Assembly (NCBI RefSeq): GCF_006345805.1
Contig: NC_043000.1
Span: forward strand, 160,208,001-160,272,000
Direction: 5' to 3'
Length of the DNA stretch: 64,000 bases
Origin: Octopus sinensis
Taxonomy: Eukaryota
Shown here: piece after piece, positions 1-14,140 of the stretch
How positions within the stretch are numbered: the stretch's first letter is position 1
Layout: every line of letters starts with the position of its first letter
Translations under genes and position numbers: made by a program
Notes under the pieces: generated by a model
What the model was told of the DNA's origin: nothing
Database searches by the model: none
Seen by the model: only the letters and a program-made list of their open reading frames with translations

Positions 1-274
1 CAATAATTATATACATTTTTGTTTATATCATTTTCTGGCACTGCATATTTTTCACATACACATTTGTTCCTATTAACACATTTGTTTTCTTCAGAAATTT
101 TGCGATATACATTTTATATGTTACATTTATATATTTTGTATTTTGTTAGTCGTTCTTTTGATCAGCTTCTTTTTGACTGTGACTCTCTATTCGGAGTGTG
201 TTCTTTCTGTTATACTTATGCTATTTGCTGCCACTTGTTCCCTTAACTTATTTGAAGATAGATTGATGTTACAT

Positions 275-490
275 CTCACATGTACACATGTTTAAAGACA
301 GGGTTGCGGATCCGTGGAACAAGCTGCCAGACGAGATGGTGAAGATGCCGACGACCGCTTTGTTCAAAGTCTCCCTTGACCTCAAGTGGCCTGAACTCTT
401 TACATGAACACCACCCTGTACTTAACTCCATGTCCCCCTACATGGCCTTGCTATTTGCTTTTGAGCCAAAAATTAACTAACTAACTAACT
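275..490 (+). mobile_element. CR1-like LINE 3' end (RT C-terminus, 3' UTR, (TAAC)n tail)
   Basis: Translates FKDRVADPWNKLPDEMVKMPTTALFKVSLDLKW, matching the CR1/L2-type C-terminal F..RV...WN.LP motif; ends in aattaactaactaactaact. Confidence 0.6.
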
Positions 491-546
491 TAATATCAGT
501 CTCTGCGTTGTCTCTCTCTTTGCCTTCCTCTTTTAGTATCCGCATA

Positions 547-991
547 TCGTTATATATAAAAGTGAAGTTGTGTGTCTGTCTCCTACGATTTAGATTCCTA
601 ACTACTCCCACATTTTGCGGTGCAGTTTAACCAAAACCGGGTATCTTGTAGTCGTGATTCATATCGAGCCCTTCTGGGTATTAGCGCGCGTCTACGATGA
701 GTCTACCATTTAAAAAATAATTTACCATCATTTTTTTCCATTTTAATGCATTTTTTCGCTATTATAGAAGGGAAGTAACTCTCTAAAATTGTCTACGATG
801 AGTCAACGATTTATAGAAGGGAAGTAACTCTCTAAAATTGTCTACGATGAGTCAACGATTTAAAAAAAATTTACCATAATTTATTTTCCATTTTTAATGC
901 ATTGTTTTGCTATTTTTTGGCTATAACTCTCTAAAATGCTTATATAGTTATTTCCCTTACACACCCGAGCAACGCCGGGCGATACTGCTAG
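547..991 (+). mobile_element. Non-autonomous Helitron, family A, copy 1
   Basis: Starts A|TC, ends with cccgagcaacgccggg hairpin then CTAG|T; near-identical to 34001-34397 and 35927-36321; carries an internal 49-bp tandem duplication (764-861). Confidence 0.85.
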
Positions 992-1526
992 TCTAATATA
1001 TTATTCATTTTTTTTCTCTGCTAATCATTTTGCCTTTACTTTAATTTTAATTTTAAAGTCATATTTACAGTCTAGATACTTGAAACATTTTATTTCTGAT
1101 AAGGTTTTCTTTTTCTATGCCTTTTTCATACCCGTTTCTACGAGTTTTCAGTTTTCAACATTTTAGCTTTCTTAAATTTTATTCCACTCATGTTAATGTG
1201 TATATATTTTTCCGTTACAGTCATTCAATTTTATCCAACAAATTCCCATTATTTTAAAAAGTATTTAACCAATGAGATTTAAATGAGTATTTGGTAAGCC
1301 AATGATCATGAATATTTTTAAACACATATTCACTGTTGTATCATTCTGAATACTCACGATTCTCTGACGAGCGGTTACGTGAAACTCTAATAAAAGTTTG
1401 AGATATTCTTCAGCTTCCATAAAAGAGTATTTTATTCAAATTTTGGCTTCCGTGTACTATTTTGTTCACCTTGCTTTGCCCCGGGGTGCACACTTCACTT
1501 TCTCTCCCCCGCCCACCCTCTCTCCC

Positions 1527-1544
1527 TCTATCCCTATCTATCGC

Positions 1545-1639
<95 letters not shown>

Positions 1640-1660
1640 GTCTATCTATCTACCTATCTA
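1527..1660. repeat. (TATC)n microsatellite
   Basis: Direct reading. Confidence 0.95.
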
Positions 1661-1699
1661 TTGTTGAGTCACCTCCATGATGATTCCTAGTTTCTCAAT

Positions 1700-2214
1700 T
1701 TGTTAGGAGTGTCCCATATCTAGTTAGCAACTTCCTTTGTATTTCTGTCTAAGCTATTTAGTTCGTCTACTGTCAATGCGATTACCCCTGCTCCATATCT
1801 AAAGAGTGAAACCTCCCAGGTGTTGATAGCTTCTATCTTATTCCGTCCGTTTAATTTCGACTTTAGGATCAGTCTCAGTCTGCGCATGTACTCTAACTTA
1901 AATTTTTTTGTCGTTTCTTTCTCCATCAATTTATCCATTTCCAAAATCCCCAAGTACTTATAGCCCGTCTCTACTATATGCTTCATAACGTCCCCCGACG
2001 GTATCGATAGCCCGTCCATTCATTTGATTTTGCCAATCTTCAAGTCTAACACAACACTTTCTCAGTTCGAACTCCATTCTGATATCGACACTGAAAGTAT
2101 ACACAATATCAACGAGGGAACTGATTTGGGCTTCAGCTTTAACATTTTAGATCATCCATGAACAACAAATGGTTGACTTTTTCTTGGCGGCTTTTGAATG
2201 TATACCTTTTTGTT
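1700..2214 (-). mobile_element. RLE-type (R4/Dong/NeSL-like) LINE, RT domain 5-7 fragment
   Basis: Minus strand KVNHLLFMDDLK, then GYKYLGILE...LRLILKSKLNGRNKIEAINTW...LDR (ORF 1720-2019); frameshifted. Confidence 0.85.
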
Positions 2215-2995
2215 GGAGCTCCTGGAATTTTGAATGCGTATCAGTCTTACTACATGCAGCCTACGGTATCATGCTATTCGCTGTTGTCAGCTATTTAATA
2301 CTTTCTTGTTATCCTGGCCGTGCCAAGGAGCCAAATCTTTTCTAACAGTTTTACTGGGCACTCTATTCCAATTTCGTTTATATTCCTCTTGATGCCTTCT
2401 TATACTCTTCACAAGGACCCAAAAATAAGTAGCACTTCTTCATTTATCATGGTCAGGCTATTTCGTACTTAAGAGAGTTGTATCTATCTATCTTTTCGCC
2501 TTCTTTCTTGACTATTCGTGGGTCAAAGGGGCATGCAACATCAACTATATAGCATATTCGGTGCACCTTGTCCACCAATAATAGGTCCGATCTGTTATAC
2601 TTTAGCACCTGATCTGTTTCGATTGGGAAATCCCAGAGGATTTTGCTAGTGTCCGAGTCAGCAACTCTGTGGTTTGTGTTCATACCACGTCTTGCCTCTC
2701 TCTAGCCCCACTTTTGCACAGCTTCGAATGTAGCACTTTCGCTACCTGGTCATTTTGCTAGATGTTGTTGTGGTTTTGGGCAAGTCTATGGCTATCGTCC
2801 GTGATATAGACAATGGTTTTATCCACTCTATTGCAGATGCGGTACAGCGGAGACGCTTGCCCATTCCTTAATTTGACACTACAGTTCGTCGCCAAAGCCA
2901 GTTTATGTGCTGCCAGTATAGTGCTCTCGGTTTCTTTTTTCAGTGTTCTTTTCATCAGCTAATCCCGTTTTTTGAAGCAACGTCTGTTGTAGCTA
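2215..2995 (-). mobile_element. RLE-type LINE 3' part (zinc knuckle, restriction-like endonuclease, 3' UTR)
   Basis: LKKETESTILAA...RIC (ORF 2758-2955); KILWDFPIETD...NRSD...VDVACPFD...EKIDRY (ORF 2453-2683); C-terminal LLGTARI. Confidence 0.85.
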
Positions 2996-3057
2996 CATGG
3001 AATTAATTGTGTAGTCTCTTCTTGCGTAATTTTTATTCATGTCCTTCTCCTCCTCCT

Positions 3058-3219
3058 CATTCTCTTCTTCTTCTTCTTCTTCTTCTTCTTCTTCTTCTTC
3101 TTCTTCTTCTTCTTCTTCTTCTTCTTCTTCTTCTTCTTCTTCTTCTTTTCTTCTTCTTCTTCTTCTTCTTCTTCTTCTTCTTCTAATTATTATTATTATT
3201 ATTATAATTGTTGTTGTTA

Positions 3220-3260
<41 letters not shown>

Positions 3261-3279
3261 TATTATTATTATTATTATT
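3058..3279. repeat. Compound (TTC)n-(ATT)n microsatellite
   Basis: Direct reading. Confidence 0.95.
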
Positions 3280-3760
3280 GAGTGAGAGAGCAGTTCATGC
3301 CATCAAAGTGACACTGGGGTAAAATATACGAAGCCCAATATACCCATCATGACTACCCGTCTGATAAGGATACACCAGGCACATGCATCACAACCATATG
3401 TGCGCGACATGGTGATCTCATAAAAAAATAAACAGCACATGACCTTGCAGGTGGGCCCAGTTAGAATTTTCTTCTGGTTGAGTAGCCCATCCCGCTCAAA
3501 AGGTCCCTGAATAAGGGTTGTTTAAGGATGTTGAAAGAACTACCCATGTTTCCAGAGGTGAATTATTCAAACCCCAAATAATCCCTCTCAACACATGGCT
3601 ACTTCCACTACTTCTGCTCGTGATCAGAGACGCACATATCGTCAGCCACCAAGGGACATGCTCAACTGGTTAAAGTCAAACAACTGACAAGCAAATCTGT
3701 GGTATTGAGCAGAATATTTGCTGTAGCCCATCTTTATATTTGCTGTAGCCCATCTTTATA
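3280..3760 (-). mobile_element. Dispersed non-LTR-derived/SINE-like repeat with (TAA)n tail, embedded in (ATT)n
   Basis: Reverse complement closely matches 27173-27532; both copies flanked by TAA-type microsatellite; terminal 22-bp duplication near 3717-3760. Confidence 0.75.
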
Positions 3761-3777
3761 TATTATTATTATTATTA

Positions 3778-3829
<52 letters not shown>

Positions 3830-4144
3830 ATTATTATTATTTATTCCGGAGTATTTTAATACTACCGCGCCATGGAATATACTACAGCGTCCATTAACTA
3901 GTGCGGCCCTTACACACATCCTGATACCTGATTGATTTCATGCCCATCCTTTCCGGAAATTCTTGATCTCCTCTATATTTTGTATAGATGTTCGCATGCT
4001 TGTGTACTAGTATCTGTATTTATCAATCTGGACGTACGCGACTGCGCTCACATGATACAATTAACCATTTAATCAAATCAAATTAAAGCAAGTCCTTACA
4101 ATTATTCCAAGGGACACAGCAAATATGATTTTCTTATAAGTTAC

Positions 4145-4292
4145 CTCCCATGATCTGTATCTTTATCCCTAAATCGTGTCAACGTGTAATTTCTCACCCA
4201 AGAGAGAAACAAGTACCAATATCCCATGTGGAAGGTTTGATAATTGTCGAAAGATTTCTTTCGGCATGAAACCGATGGTTTCAGTTTTAACC
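4145..4292 (-). CDS. Candidate internal exon of unidentified host gene
   Basis: Acceptor tactttgtttcag| and donor GAG|gtaact; open frame GLKLKPSVSCRKKSFDNYQTFHMGYWYLFLSWVRNYTLTRFRDKDTDHG. An alternative frame with donor TGG|gtgaga is also possible. Confidence 0.3.
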
Positions 4293-4446
4293 CTGAAACA
4301 AAGTATACTTATCCACCTACGTGATGTTGTTCACACCTTCTCACTGTTCGATATTAACACAGATAGAGACACAGACAGATAGACACACGCGCGCGCATAC
4401 ACACACACAAACACAGACTAGTGAAATATAATTCGATACATGAATA

Positions 4447-4852
4447 TACTCTTTTACTCTTTTACTTGTTTCAGTCATTTGACTGCGGCCATGCTGGAGC
4501 ACCGCCTTTAGTCGAGCAAATCGACCCTGGGACTTATTCTTCGTAAGCCCAGTACTTATTCTATCGGTCTCTTTTGCCGAACCGCTAAGTGACGGGGACG
4601 CAAACACACCAGCATCGGTTGTCAAGCAATGCTAGGGGGACAATCACAGACACACAAACATATACACACACACTTATATACATACATATATACGACAGGC
4701 TTCTTTCAGTTTCCGTCTACCAAATCCACTCACAAGGCATTGGTCGGCCCGGGGCTATAGCAGAAGACACTTGCCCAAGATGCCACGCAGTGGGACTGAA
4801 CCCGGAACCATGTGGTTGGTTAGCAAGCTACTTACCACACAGCCACTCCTGC
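4447..4852 (-). mobile_element. tRNA-derived SINE
   Basis: Minus-strand head gcaggagtggctgtgtggtaag...ggttccgggttcagtccc (A/B-box-like); nearly identical copy at 48070-48465. Confidence 0.85.
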
Positions 4853-5942
4853 ATATATATATATTCATTATCTTTAATCGACTTAGAATGAGAAAAATGG
4901 TTCAATCGCGGAGAGGCTCATGGGTGGTATTTATCAAAGCGCAGTGCCCAAAAATGTTAGTTCTTTTTGTGACACTTGGAACCTTCAGCTAAATAAAATA
5001 TTTAAGCCCTTACGTACATACATGTGCGTGCGAGTATGCGTGATTTTGAATGTCAGTACACAATTATACTTAAGGTGCATGAATCGTTGCTCACACGGAT
5101 AGTATATGGTAGTAAATAATAAAATAAAATAAATACACAGAAAAAGCGCTCCCACGGGAACCATAGAGGTGGATATCGTCCACATAAACTCAGATACATG
5201 GAAGTATGCATATGTATTCTTCCCTTCTATCTATCAATTTATTATTTTATTATTTCTTTTTACTCATTCTTAAAGCCAAAGCACATAAAAACACGCTACA
5301 GAAACCTATCCATCCATCGAGATATATGTGTATGCGTGTGCATGAGTGTATGCGCGTGTATGTATTTGAGTGTGTGTGTGTGTGTAAGTACGTGCGTATG
5401 CGTGCGCGTGTGAGTGAGAGAGTGTGTCTGCCCGTGTCTTTATGCATATATGTATATGTATCTATACATGTGTGTGAATACACTCATATATTATATGATT
5501 AAAAATATTTTATTTCAGTTGTAGATGTAAAGTGACAGATAAGCGTGGGCGGTTTTGGATGAGCAAGGTCAATGTTTAGAGAAAAGGCCGTTCATTTATG
5601 GAAGTCAAATGCAAGGAAAGATGGATGTATATTCGAAATATTCATAGAACGTTTATAGAATTATATTTCAGCTGCTCTGCTTTCACAGTAGCAAAACGAG
5701 CGGGTTACGTTGTTTCGGTTAAGCTGACCTAACTAAATCGCGCCGTCAAGGAATCGCGAGAAATATTGGCTCGTAGATCACACGTAGACACCCATTCTGC
5801 AGGCTTATGCATATTTGCACGGTGTACGTACGTACGCTCGTATGTGTGTACGTATGGATGAATGTTTCTATGCATGTATATATGTATGTACGCATGCATG
5901 TATATATGTATGTATGATTGTATCTATGTATGTATATGTATG

Positions 5943-5991
<49 letters not shown>

Positions 5992-8279
5992 CATGTTGTA
6001 TCAAAGCATCTGTGCAAGTATATACGTACACATGCATGTATGTATGGGTTAGTATCTGTGTGTATGTGTGCGTGCATGTGCGTGTATTTGTTCGTGTGTG
6101 TGTTTGTGTATACACGCATATATGTTTATAAAGAGAGGAAAGGGTGAGAGAGAGAGAGAGAGAGAGAGAAATGTTTTGGTACATACACGTACAGATACAC
6201 ACAGACACGCAAGCATACATTCACATTTACACATAGCAACAGACACTTAACTCGTATACGTAAGCATGTGTGTAATATCCACATTTATATGATATTAACT
6301 GTTTCCTCATAGGCATAGAGATACAATGTTTAAACCACTCTGTCAGAGATGTGGACAATTAGTACCTCTTCACCAACGTTAATTTCCTTTCTACATGGCC
6401 GACAAAAATGCATGTATAATGTTGATTCATTCTGTTTGCCAATAAATAGATGCCATGTACAGTTCAAATTTATGGTCACCCTACAAGTTTGTAGTCTTAT
6501 TGCGTAAGGATAAAATCGATAGTTACTATGTAAACATGGGAAGTATTACTATTGTGTAACCAATCTAAGCGAAAGAAAACATTTTTACGTTTAGTTACCC
6601 ATGTATTTTTACATGCACCACACTGCGGAACCCTAGAGTTTCAATACAGGGGGTACATTTCCTAGAAACATACCCTCTGTATTAAAATTTCTCTGATAGT
6701 ACAATGAAAATTTTAACGTAAAGGACATATTTGACCAGTTCATACTACATCCAAAATACTGAGTTAGAAATTCTTTAATCTGCTATATCTTATCAGATCC
6801 GGGTAAAACTACACAAAATCAAAAATAACATATGCATAAACACATCTGATAGTTATCCTTGGATATTCATTCAGCATCTTGCTCATCATATCGAATGCTA
6901 AACTCATCCCTCACCTCTTCTATCACTAGTAGGACTCATGAAATACTCATTTACTTTTTATTTTTTCCTCGATCGTCAAACAATAAAATTTTACACCAAA
7001 CATCAGTTGATCTGTGCCCAAGAGTATGGCGTCCAGTATTATTGTGTGTGTGTGTGTGTGTGTGTGTGTTGTGTTGTTGTGTTGTGTGTGTGTGTGTATA
7101 TGTGTGTGTGTATGTGTGTGTTTTTTCGTGTGTGTGTGTGCGTGTGTGTGCTTTATTTCTTAAAAGCAAATATTTATGATTATTATTGGCGAGAAATAAT
7201 ACGTAGGCATGATACTAAAAGAATATCAATGACGTTACTTTCGCTATAATCAGAAGTGTTGGGGCAGCGATTTTAAACACTTTAACGCAAGGATCTTTAG
7301 TAGCAGTAAACGTGGGTGGAATTTTAGCAAGAGGCTTAGAAAAAAAAATGGCGCCACATGAGACTATATGTATGTAAGATGCATATAAAAATGAAAATAA
7401 AAATAGACAGACAGAAAGGAGATGGAGAGAGACGGAGATAGGGAGATACCGTGATGCACACAAACAGTGATTATTTGGGTATCGTATAATGAAATGAAAT
7501 TATGGCTTTGCCGTCTGCGTTCAAAACCTGTCAGCGTGATTTGTCTTGTTCGCTGTAATTTAATGAAACATGTGACGTGCCTTCAGTAATTTCCGCTTTC
7601 TACAATAGTTAACAAGAATATTTTCTTCGTATAATTACGTGTATACATACATCCAGTAAAGAGTAAAATGTTTTGCCATTGGCAGGGCGGAGATCTACTG
7701 TGTAAACACACACAATCACATACACAGAGCAATACACACCGACACACAGACACGTACACACACACAAACACAGGCAGACTCAAAGACACAGATACACACA
7801 GACTTTAGCTGGCTTCAGTCATTACACTGCTGCCATGATCGCGGACACTGCCTTCAAAGACTTTAGTTGATCCTGCTGTGCTTTGTACTTATTAGAATAT
7901 GGTACTTTATCTTATAAATCTTCATTTATTCAGGGGATAAAACACTATATTTTGTTTAAAAGGACAAAACATGTTGCAGCTGTTTACACAAATAAACTTA
8001 TATATAGAATCTGTCACATATACAGGCGAAGTCACACACAGATACATACACCACCACCACCACCATACAAGCACACTCATATATATAAACTCACTTGCGT
8101 ACACATGTGTGTATTAATGGTAAATAATTTTTCTTTTAAATGTGAATCGAAAACCATCTGTGTTCCAGGGTTTTATAGCTTTTAATATTATTTTTCACAT
8201 TTTTAGATGATTTCTCTACAATATACTCGAAACATTAACGCTCCCATATCATTCACCTACGGCAGTGTTTAAGGTCAAC

Positions 8280-9900
8280 TTTTAGTCACTCGTGAGCAAG
8301 TCTATGCTTCGTCACTAATCCAGATCTCAACTGAATTGAATGCGTCTTTTTAGCTATAATGGCCCAGTACTAAGCTATATATGGAGATAAAATAACTGAA
8401 ATTTGCTAGGTTAAAATATGTGAGGTCGAAAACAGCGAAACATTGATTTTGAATCAAAATATCTCAGTTATTTTAAGAGAAACGTATAGATTAATTGGGT
8501 TTAGAAAAATGTACTCATTGAAAAGACTCTTTTGGTGAAAACCTCAATAAAATATATTAGTTAAGGAAAAATGTAATGCTAAGTAACCACCAAAATTGAT
8601 TTTGAATCTATACATCAGTTGTATAGATGTCCTCGAAAGAAGTCCAACGATGAAACCTCGTCAAAAATGTTAGCTACATAACAAGTGGTGTGGTTGTGTG
8701 CGAAGAAAAGAAAGTGATCATTTTGAGAAATTACAATATTTTCATCTTTTTAAAATATATTTAGCTTTATAAAAGACAGTAACCAGGCGTTAAGGCTCGG
8801 TCACTATAATAGTTCATTGCATTTATCCGGAACTTGTGTGCTACGGTGTTCGACTCTTTGTAATGCTTTTTCTTATTTCGACCTTCCTTGCTGCGTTCTA
8901 GATTTCCATTATTTTCTCTAAAATGCCAATTCACTCGACGCTTCACATTTTATATATAGAAATATACATATTCAAATTGTGAAAACAAGCTTCTTTATTT
9001 TTTTTATGTTGCTGTTGTTAGTGAACATTTTTATCACCGATTACAAGCCATAAGGAATAGTGTTTTTGGCACAAAAAAATGGAGCATTTGTGGCAATGCC
9101 ACACTTTATTTTCGGTGGATCAAGCCCCTATTTATGATAAAGATTCTCCAGAAAAATATTCAGAACTTCATAGAACAATATACTGCTTGCAGATTGCCAT
9201 GTTCAGTATCTAACCTTACTCTTTACAACTTGGTCACTTGTTTTCAAATACATTCATACAGCAAAAGTGTCTGGAGTATTTATGGAAACGGGAAAAAATC
9301 ACATAAAAGAAATAACAATTTGGCTTTCCTAAGCCTCAAGGAAGATTCAGCTTCTTTACTGTTACTGATAGTGTCAAATGAAGAAGAAATTAAAGCGGTG
9401 TTAAAAAGCTTTATCAACTTACAAGAAAATCATCTGAAAATTCCTTCAATGGTTGCAATTATTTTCTGCTTCTCATATAGCCGGCAAATTTTGACTGTTA
9501 GTATACTGGAAAAAGCAGTATGATATAGACCAGATAAGTCGACTGTTAGTATACTGAAGAAAACAGTATGATATAGGCCAGATAAGTGACTAAATACCAA
9601 ACAAAACTTAAGAAGAAATGAAAATGAAGGGGTTTTAAAAAATTTGGACGAGAAACAACTTTTGAAATTGCTCATCAGATAGTGTATTAACTTAAATTTA
9701 AAAAATAATGCAATAAAATATCAAAACGATATGCAAAACAAATATGTCGACACACTATTTGATGAAGAATTTCAGAAACTTATTTAGCAGCACTATTTTG
9801 AGATTTTGCCTTTTTGTCCTGTAGTTTTAATAAGTGACTTTCTTATAATTTTTAAGTTTCAGTACGTAAGAATATTGTAGCACTTTGCACCACCATTTTT
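8280..9900 (+). mobile_element. Highly degenerate Helitron Rep remnant
   Basis: Frameshifted segments resemble Rep motifs: MPHF..W..DQAPIYDKDS..FIEQY..C.LP...LYNLVTCFQIHS (ORF 9134-9523 and neighbouring frames); 48-bp tandem duplication at 9493-9588. Confidence 0.4.
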
Positions 9901-9927
9901 CATTCTAGTAAAAGCTTCATCAAAGAA

Positions 9928-10805
9928 ATGAAAACCACTCTACTCGGAGAAGAAACTCTATTCGTCGGCCGTTCAAAATCTTCAGCCGACGGTGAACAGC
10001 CAAAGGCGTTAGAGAGCATACAGATTGTCGTTGCGACAATGTTAGCAAATGAGGACTGGAAGCTGTCCAGGTGCATCATGAGGATTTGCTCTGGCTATGA
10101 AAATGTCGACGTTACGACTACTGCTCAATGTTCTTTGAGCACAGTAAAGGTTGCAAGACATGACATGGACATCTGTAAACGAGACTATGAAGTTGTGATG
10201 AGCAGGAAGGAACTCAGCATGGTTCTAACTGCGTACACACGCCAGGATTCATTCAGCAACTGGTGGACAGGGCATCAGGTTCAATTGAGACGGCTATATG
10301 AAGCTTCTTGTAATTGTGATGATCAAACCATGGCTGCCAGAATGCCATATGCGTGGCAGCAGGATTCGACTCCAAGTGAACGTTCGGGAAAGTGTCACAA
10401 GTGGTTGTCGGAGAATTAAAAAAATTTCGCCAGCCCTGATTTCTGGCCTTCAGATACTTCTGATTGTAATCCATTGGATTATTGTGTGTATGGAGGGGGA
10501 TGAGTCTGTTATCAAACACGCGAACCGCCCTGCCTCCATTACGAAAGCCGAGCTGATTGATGGCCAAGATCAAGGAGTTCGCAGATCTTCCCAGGGACAC
10601 AGCGAGGTTCACATGCACCAGATTCTGGAGCCATCTTGAGGTGGCAACGGAAGCTGAGGGTGGCTCCCTTGAGTATAGTGTTGCCTCCTCGGCATAATCT
10701 GGTTGATAGGTTTTGATTTTTTAAATATTCTAATTTGGATAGCATATTATTGTTCATTTACTTTCATGTAAATTGTAAAAGTTAGCCCCCAAATACCCTG
10801 CATAC
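9928..10805 (+). mobile_element. Tc1/mariner-superfamily transposase remnant
   Basis: PYAWQQDSTP...KWLSEN, then SPDFWPSDTSDCNPLDYCV and TKAEL motifs across frames; TIR-like aaaagttagcccccaaataccctg at the right end. Confidence 0.8.
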
Positions 10806-11599
10806 ATCAAAAAATCCGTGCATATATATATATATATATATATAGGTATAAAATTATATATATAGGTATAAAATTATATATAAAGAAACAAGAACATGAA
10901 ATACACAAAGGGACGAACACAAAAAACGGACGGGTCATTCGAAGCCTTTAATCTTCAGTCAGAAACCGGATCATCATAGCAAATTTCGGCTGATTAATCC
11001 TAATATTGCTCAGAAACGGCCAGCCCCAATGAAAAATTTCTTAGAAAAAGGATCGAATGTAAACGAAACAAAGACAGAAAAACGGACGAAGCCACACGAA
11101 TATAAATACAAAAAAACAAAAACAAAAATAAAAATAAAATCAAGAATGGTAATAACAGGATAACAGCAGGTGTCTTACGACTTTAGACAAATTTAGACAC
11201 ATTTAACTCATCTAGCAGGCGTGTTTGGAAAAATTGCCTTTTCGGCAGACGGGAACAATGTTGATCCGGCAGCGGTCACCATATATATATGTATATATGT
11301 ATATATATATACATGTGTGTGTGTATGTGTGTGTAGAAGGTTGAAAAGGAACACACGAGTTGATATATATGGAAAAAATGTCAAGATAGAAAATGCTAAA
11401 ATCATTTTTTAAAGAACATTTCAGTACCGGTCTTAGTCATTGAAACTTTTCAACTGTAAATATGGAAAACAATTGAATTTTGGAAAAATTAAAAGAGTGG
11501 TTTTTTAAAAGAATATTTGCATAGTGTTAAAATACAAGCGGCATTTTCCTTGTTTCTGCCTGTTTCTGTTTCTCTTGTTGACTCTTGTGGGTTCGAGGT

Positions 11600-11770
11600 C
11601 ATATAATAGCTCATGAAAGCATTCTTTCAGAATCAGATTCCCAATGGCAAAGATATAGAAGAAATTGAATAATATCTGTCACTTGTGTTTTAAACCTTGT
11701 CAGTCAGCAGCTTGTCTTACAAGTCAGCTAAGAGCTCATCAACGGGCGGATTGTGCTGTAGGTGTGTTGT
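11600..11770 (+). mobile_element. RTE-like LINE 3' end with C2H2-like finger
   Basis: ICHLCFKPCQSAACLTSQLRAH resembles the terminal CxxC...H motif of RTE-clade ORFs. Confidence 0.4.
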
Positions 11771-11795
11771 GTGTTGATGGGACGGCTATCATCTG

Positions 11796-11865
<70 letters not shown>

Positions 11866-12059
11866 CATCCATCTCTCTCTCTCTCTCTCTCTCTATGTAT
11901 ATATATATATATACATGCATACATACATACATACATACATACATACATACATACATACATACATACATACATACATACATACATACCTACCTACCTACCT
12001 ACCTACCTAAATACATACATGCATGCATATTTAGGTAAGTTTCTACCATAATTCATATA

Positions 12060-12800
12060 GTCTGTGACTACCTCTCTACCGCCACCGTGAAATTACATTT
12101 AATGATGGTTTATATTACTGTCAGTTTTTGGTACCCCATAGCCTATTCGATCAAAGTGTTAATGTTTGCAAAGTTGTATCCTAGGAAATTTGCTTTATCT
12201 GGAATTTATTGGAGGTATATGTCCGAGAAACTTTTCAAAGTTATGATACCGTATTCTTCTCTTATCTGTCTTGGCATGATGTTAAAGAGAGCAATGTCAT
12301 TCGACAGATGACACGGCGACTAAGCCTTGGATGAATTTAAAATCTAATTCCAACATCATATGGGCAGTGCTTTTGGAATATGTTGCCTCATCATACTAAT
12401 GAGTGTTTATGGCGTCACTGTACAGAATAGTTTGAGCTTCTGAAGCCGATCTCAATAACCAAGACCTGTCATGTGATCTATCTTCTTTTTCGTGATTGAT
12501 TTCTAGGGTACTTCAATTTTTACAATATTTCTAATCATGGTTAGAGACCATAGAGGATACCAACATTCAAAGTGAGGACAGGCGAAATGAGAAAGATAAG
12601 GATAATAGTACGAAAATCTCTAGATGAGAAAGTGTTGAAGATCCAGGAGCACACTCTACTGTCATGACGACTTTGCTACTGGTGTTAGTGTGGCTACTGA
12701 ATACAATGTGTGATCTGTTTTGTTATATCTCGTTGGGTGTATACTATAAAATTCTGGTACGATTCCCTCCATAATATGATTGTAGCCTCGAACATAACTA
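12060..12800 (-). mobile_element. CR1-like LINE RT C-terminal remnant
   Basis: Minus frames give WILRTFSSR..., CPHFECWYPLWS, CPYDVGIRF.IHPRL; multiple stops. Confidence 0.6.
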
Positions 12801-13988
12801 GAAAACTCCTGAAATTCATAGATAACTACTTTTCTTCACTCACATAGATACTAAAAGTTAGCTATATTTATCTACTCAATATTTGGGTGATCATCTTCAA
12901 ACAAAATGAAACTTTCAACATCAGAAGCAAGATATTCCAAAGGTTTTATAATTTTAGATCTCTGGACAGTTGTCTTATGAACAATAGGTGCTTGAACCGA
13001 CCGGCATTAAGGATCTCAATAGAACAGGAAACCCTTACGTTGGATTCACGGGAAACACATTACAAGAAAGAGATGCGAAGCATTTGACTTCGATCAGAGT
13101 ACAAAAAAAAAAGAAACATACAAGACCTTTATCCGATATGGTATGGACATTTAAAGAAGTGTTAGCAACCCACAAATGCACTGGAGCATTATAACTAAAT
13201 CCATAAAATACAGGAAACAGAGCAGCAAATATGAAACCTGCATTATCGGAAAGCTAAACATCATAACATCAATAGGGATATCTTTTAGACATTGAGGCGG
13301 AAACATTCTACCCCTTCATGCACAAGCAACAATTCATACTTCAAAATTTAAAGCATGACAACCCCCAGCAACCCAATTTATCACACCTTGGGTAATTACT
13401 TCTCTAAGCAAAACAAAAACTCACAAAATTATGCTGGATTCCCTCATTACACAGATATATGTGCATTGTACAAATTCTTGACATCGCATGATTCACAGAA
13501 AAGTTATATATTTACACAAGCTTATGAATTCACATCCCCATGGACTGAGTTTGGTTATCAAAATGTGTAAAGCTTCTTAATTATATGCACATACTCAAAC
13601 TCAAGCACAATGCATAATGGCAGGTGTGTGTGTGTATCTATAAATCTATATGCGTGTGTGAGTGTGGGAGTGTGGGCGCATATGTTTCGTGTAAACGTGC
13701 ATGTGCACATATGTGCGAGTTTTATTTATAGATTTGTACGTGCATGAGTGTTCTCATTTATTTATTTATTGATTCCACAATCTCATACAATCATGTGTAG
13801 CTTTGAGTATTCTCCTTCAAGGTGGAGTCGTCTACCAACGTTCTCGCATAGCAGATTGATAATTGGTAATATATTGTCATTACGGAAAACAATTGGTAGA
13901 TTGTGTTAACTCCCTCCTCCTCCCAAAAGAGGACATTCATCCACCTATGCGGTGATGAGCATGCATTCCCATTGTTCGAAATCAACTC

Positions 13989-14019
<31 letters not shown>

Positions 14020-14045
14020 TGTATGTATGTATATATGCATATATG

Positions 14046-14140
<95 letters not shown>

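Noticed and set aside
10930-10965. CTGACT-GAAG...CTTC-GAAT hairpin on minus strand (similar at 13075-13105)
   Set aside because: Core lacks G8/A9 and GAAA; does not fit a hammerhead fold.
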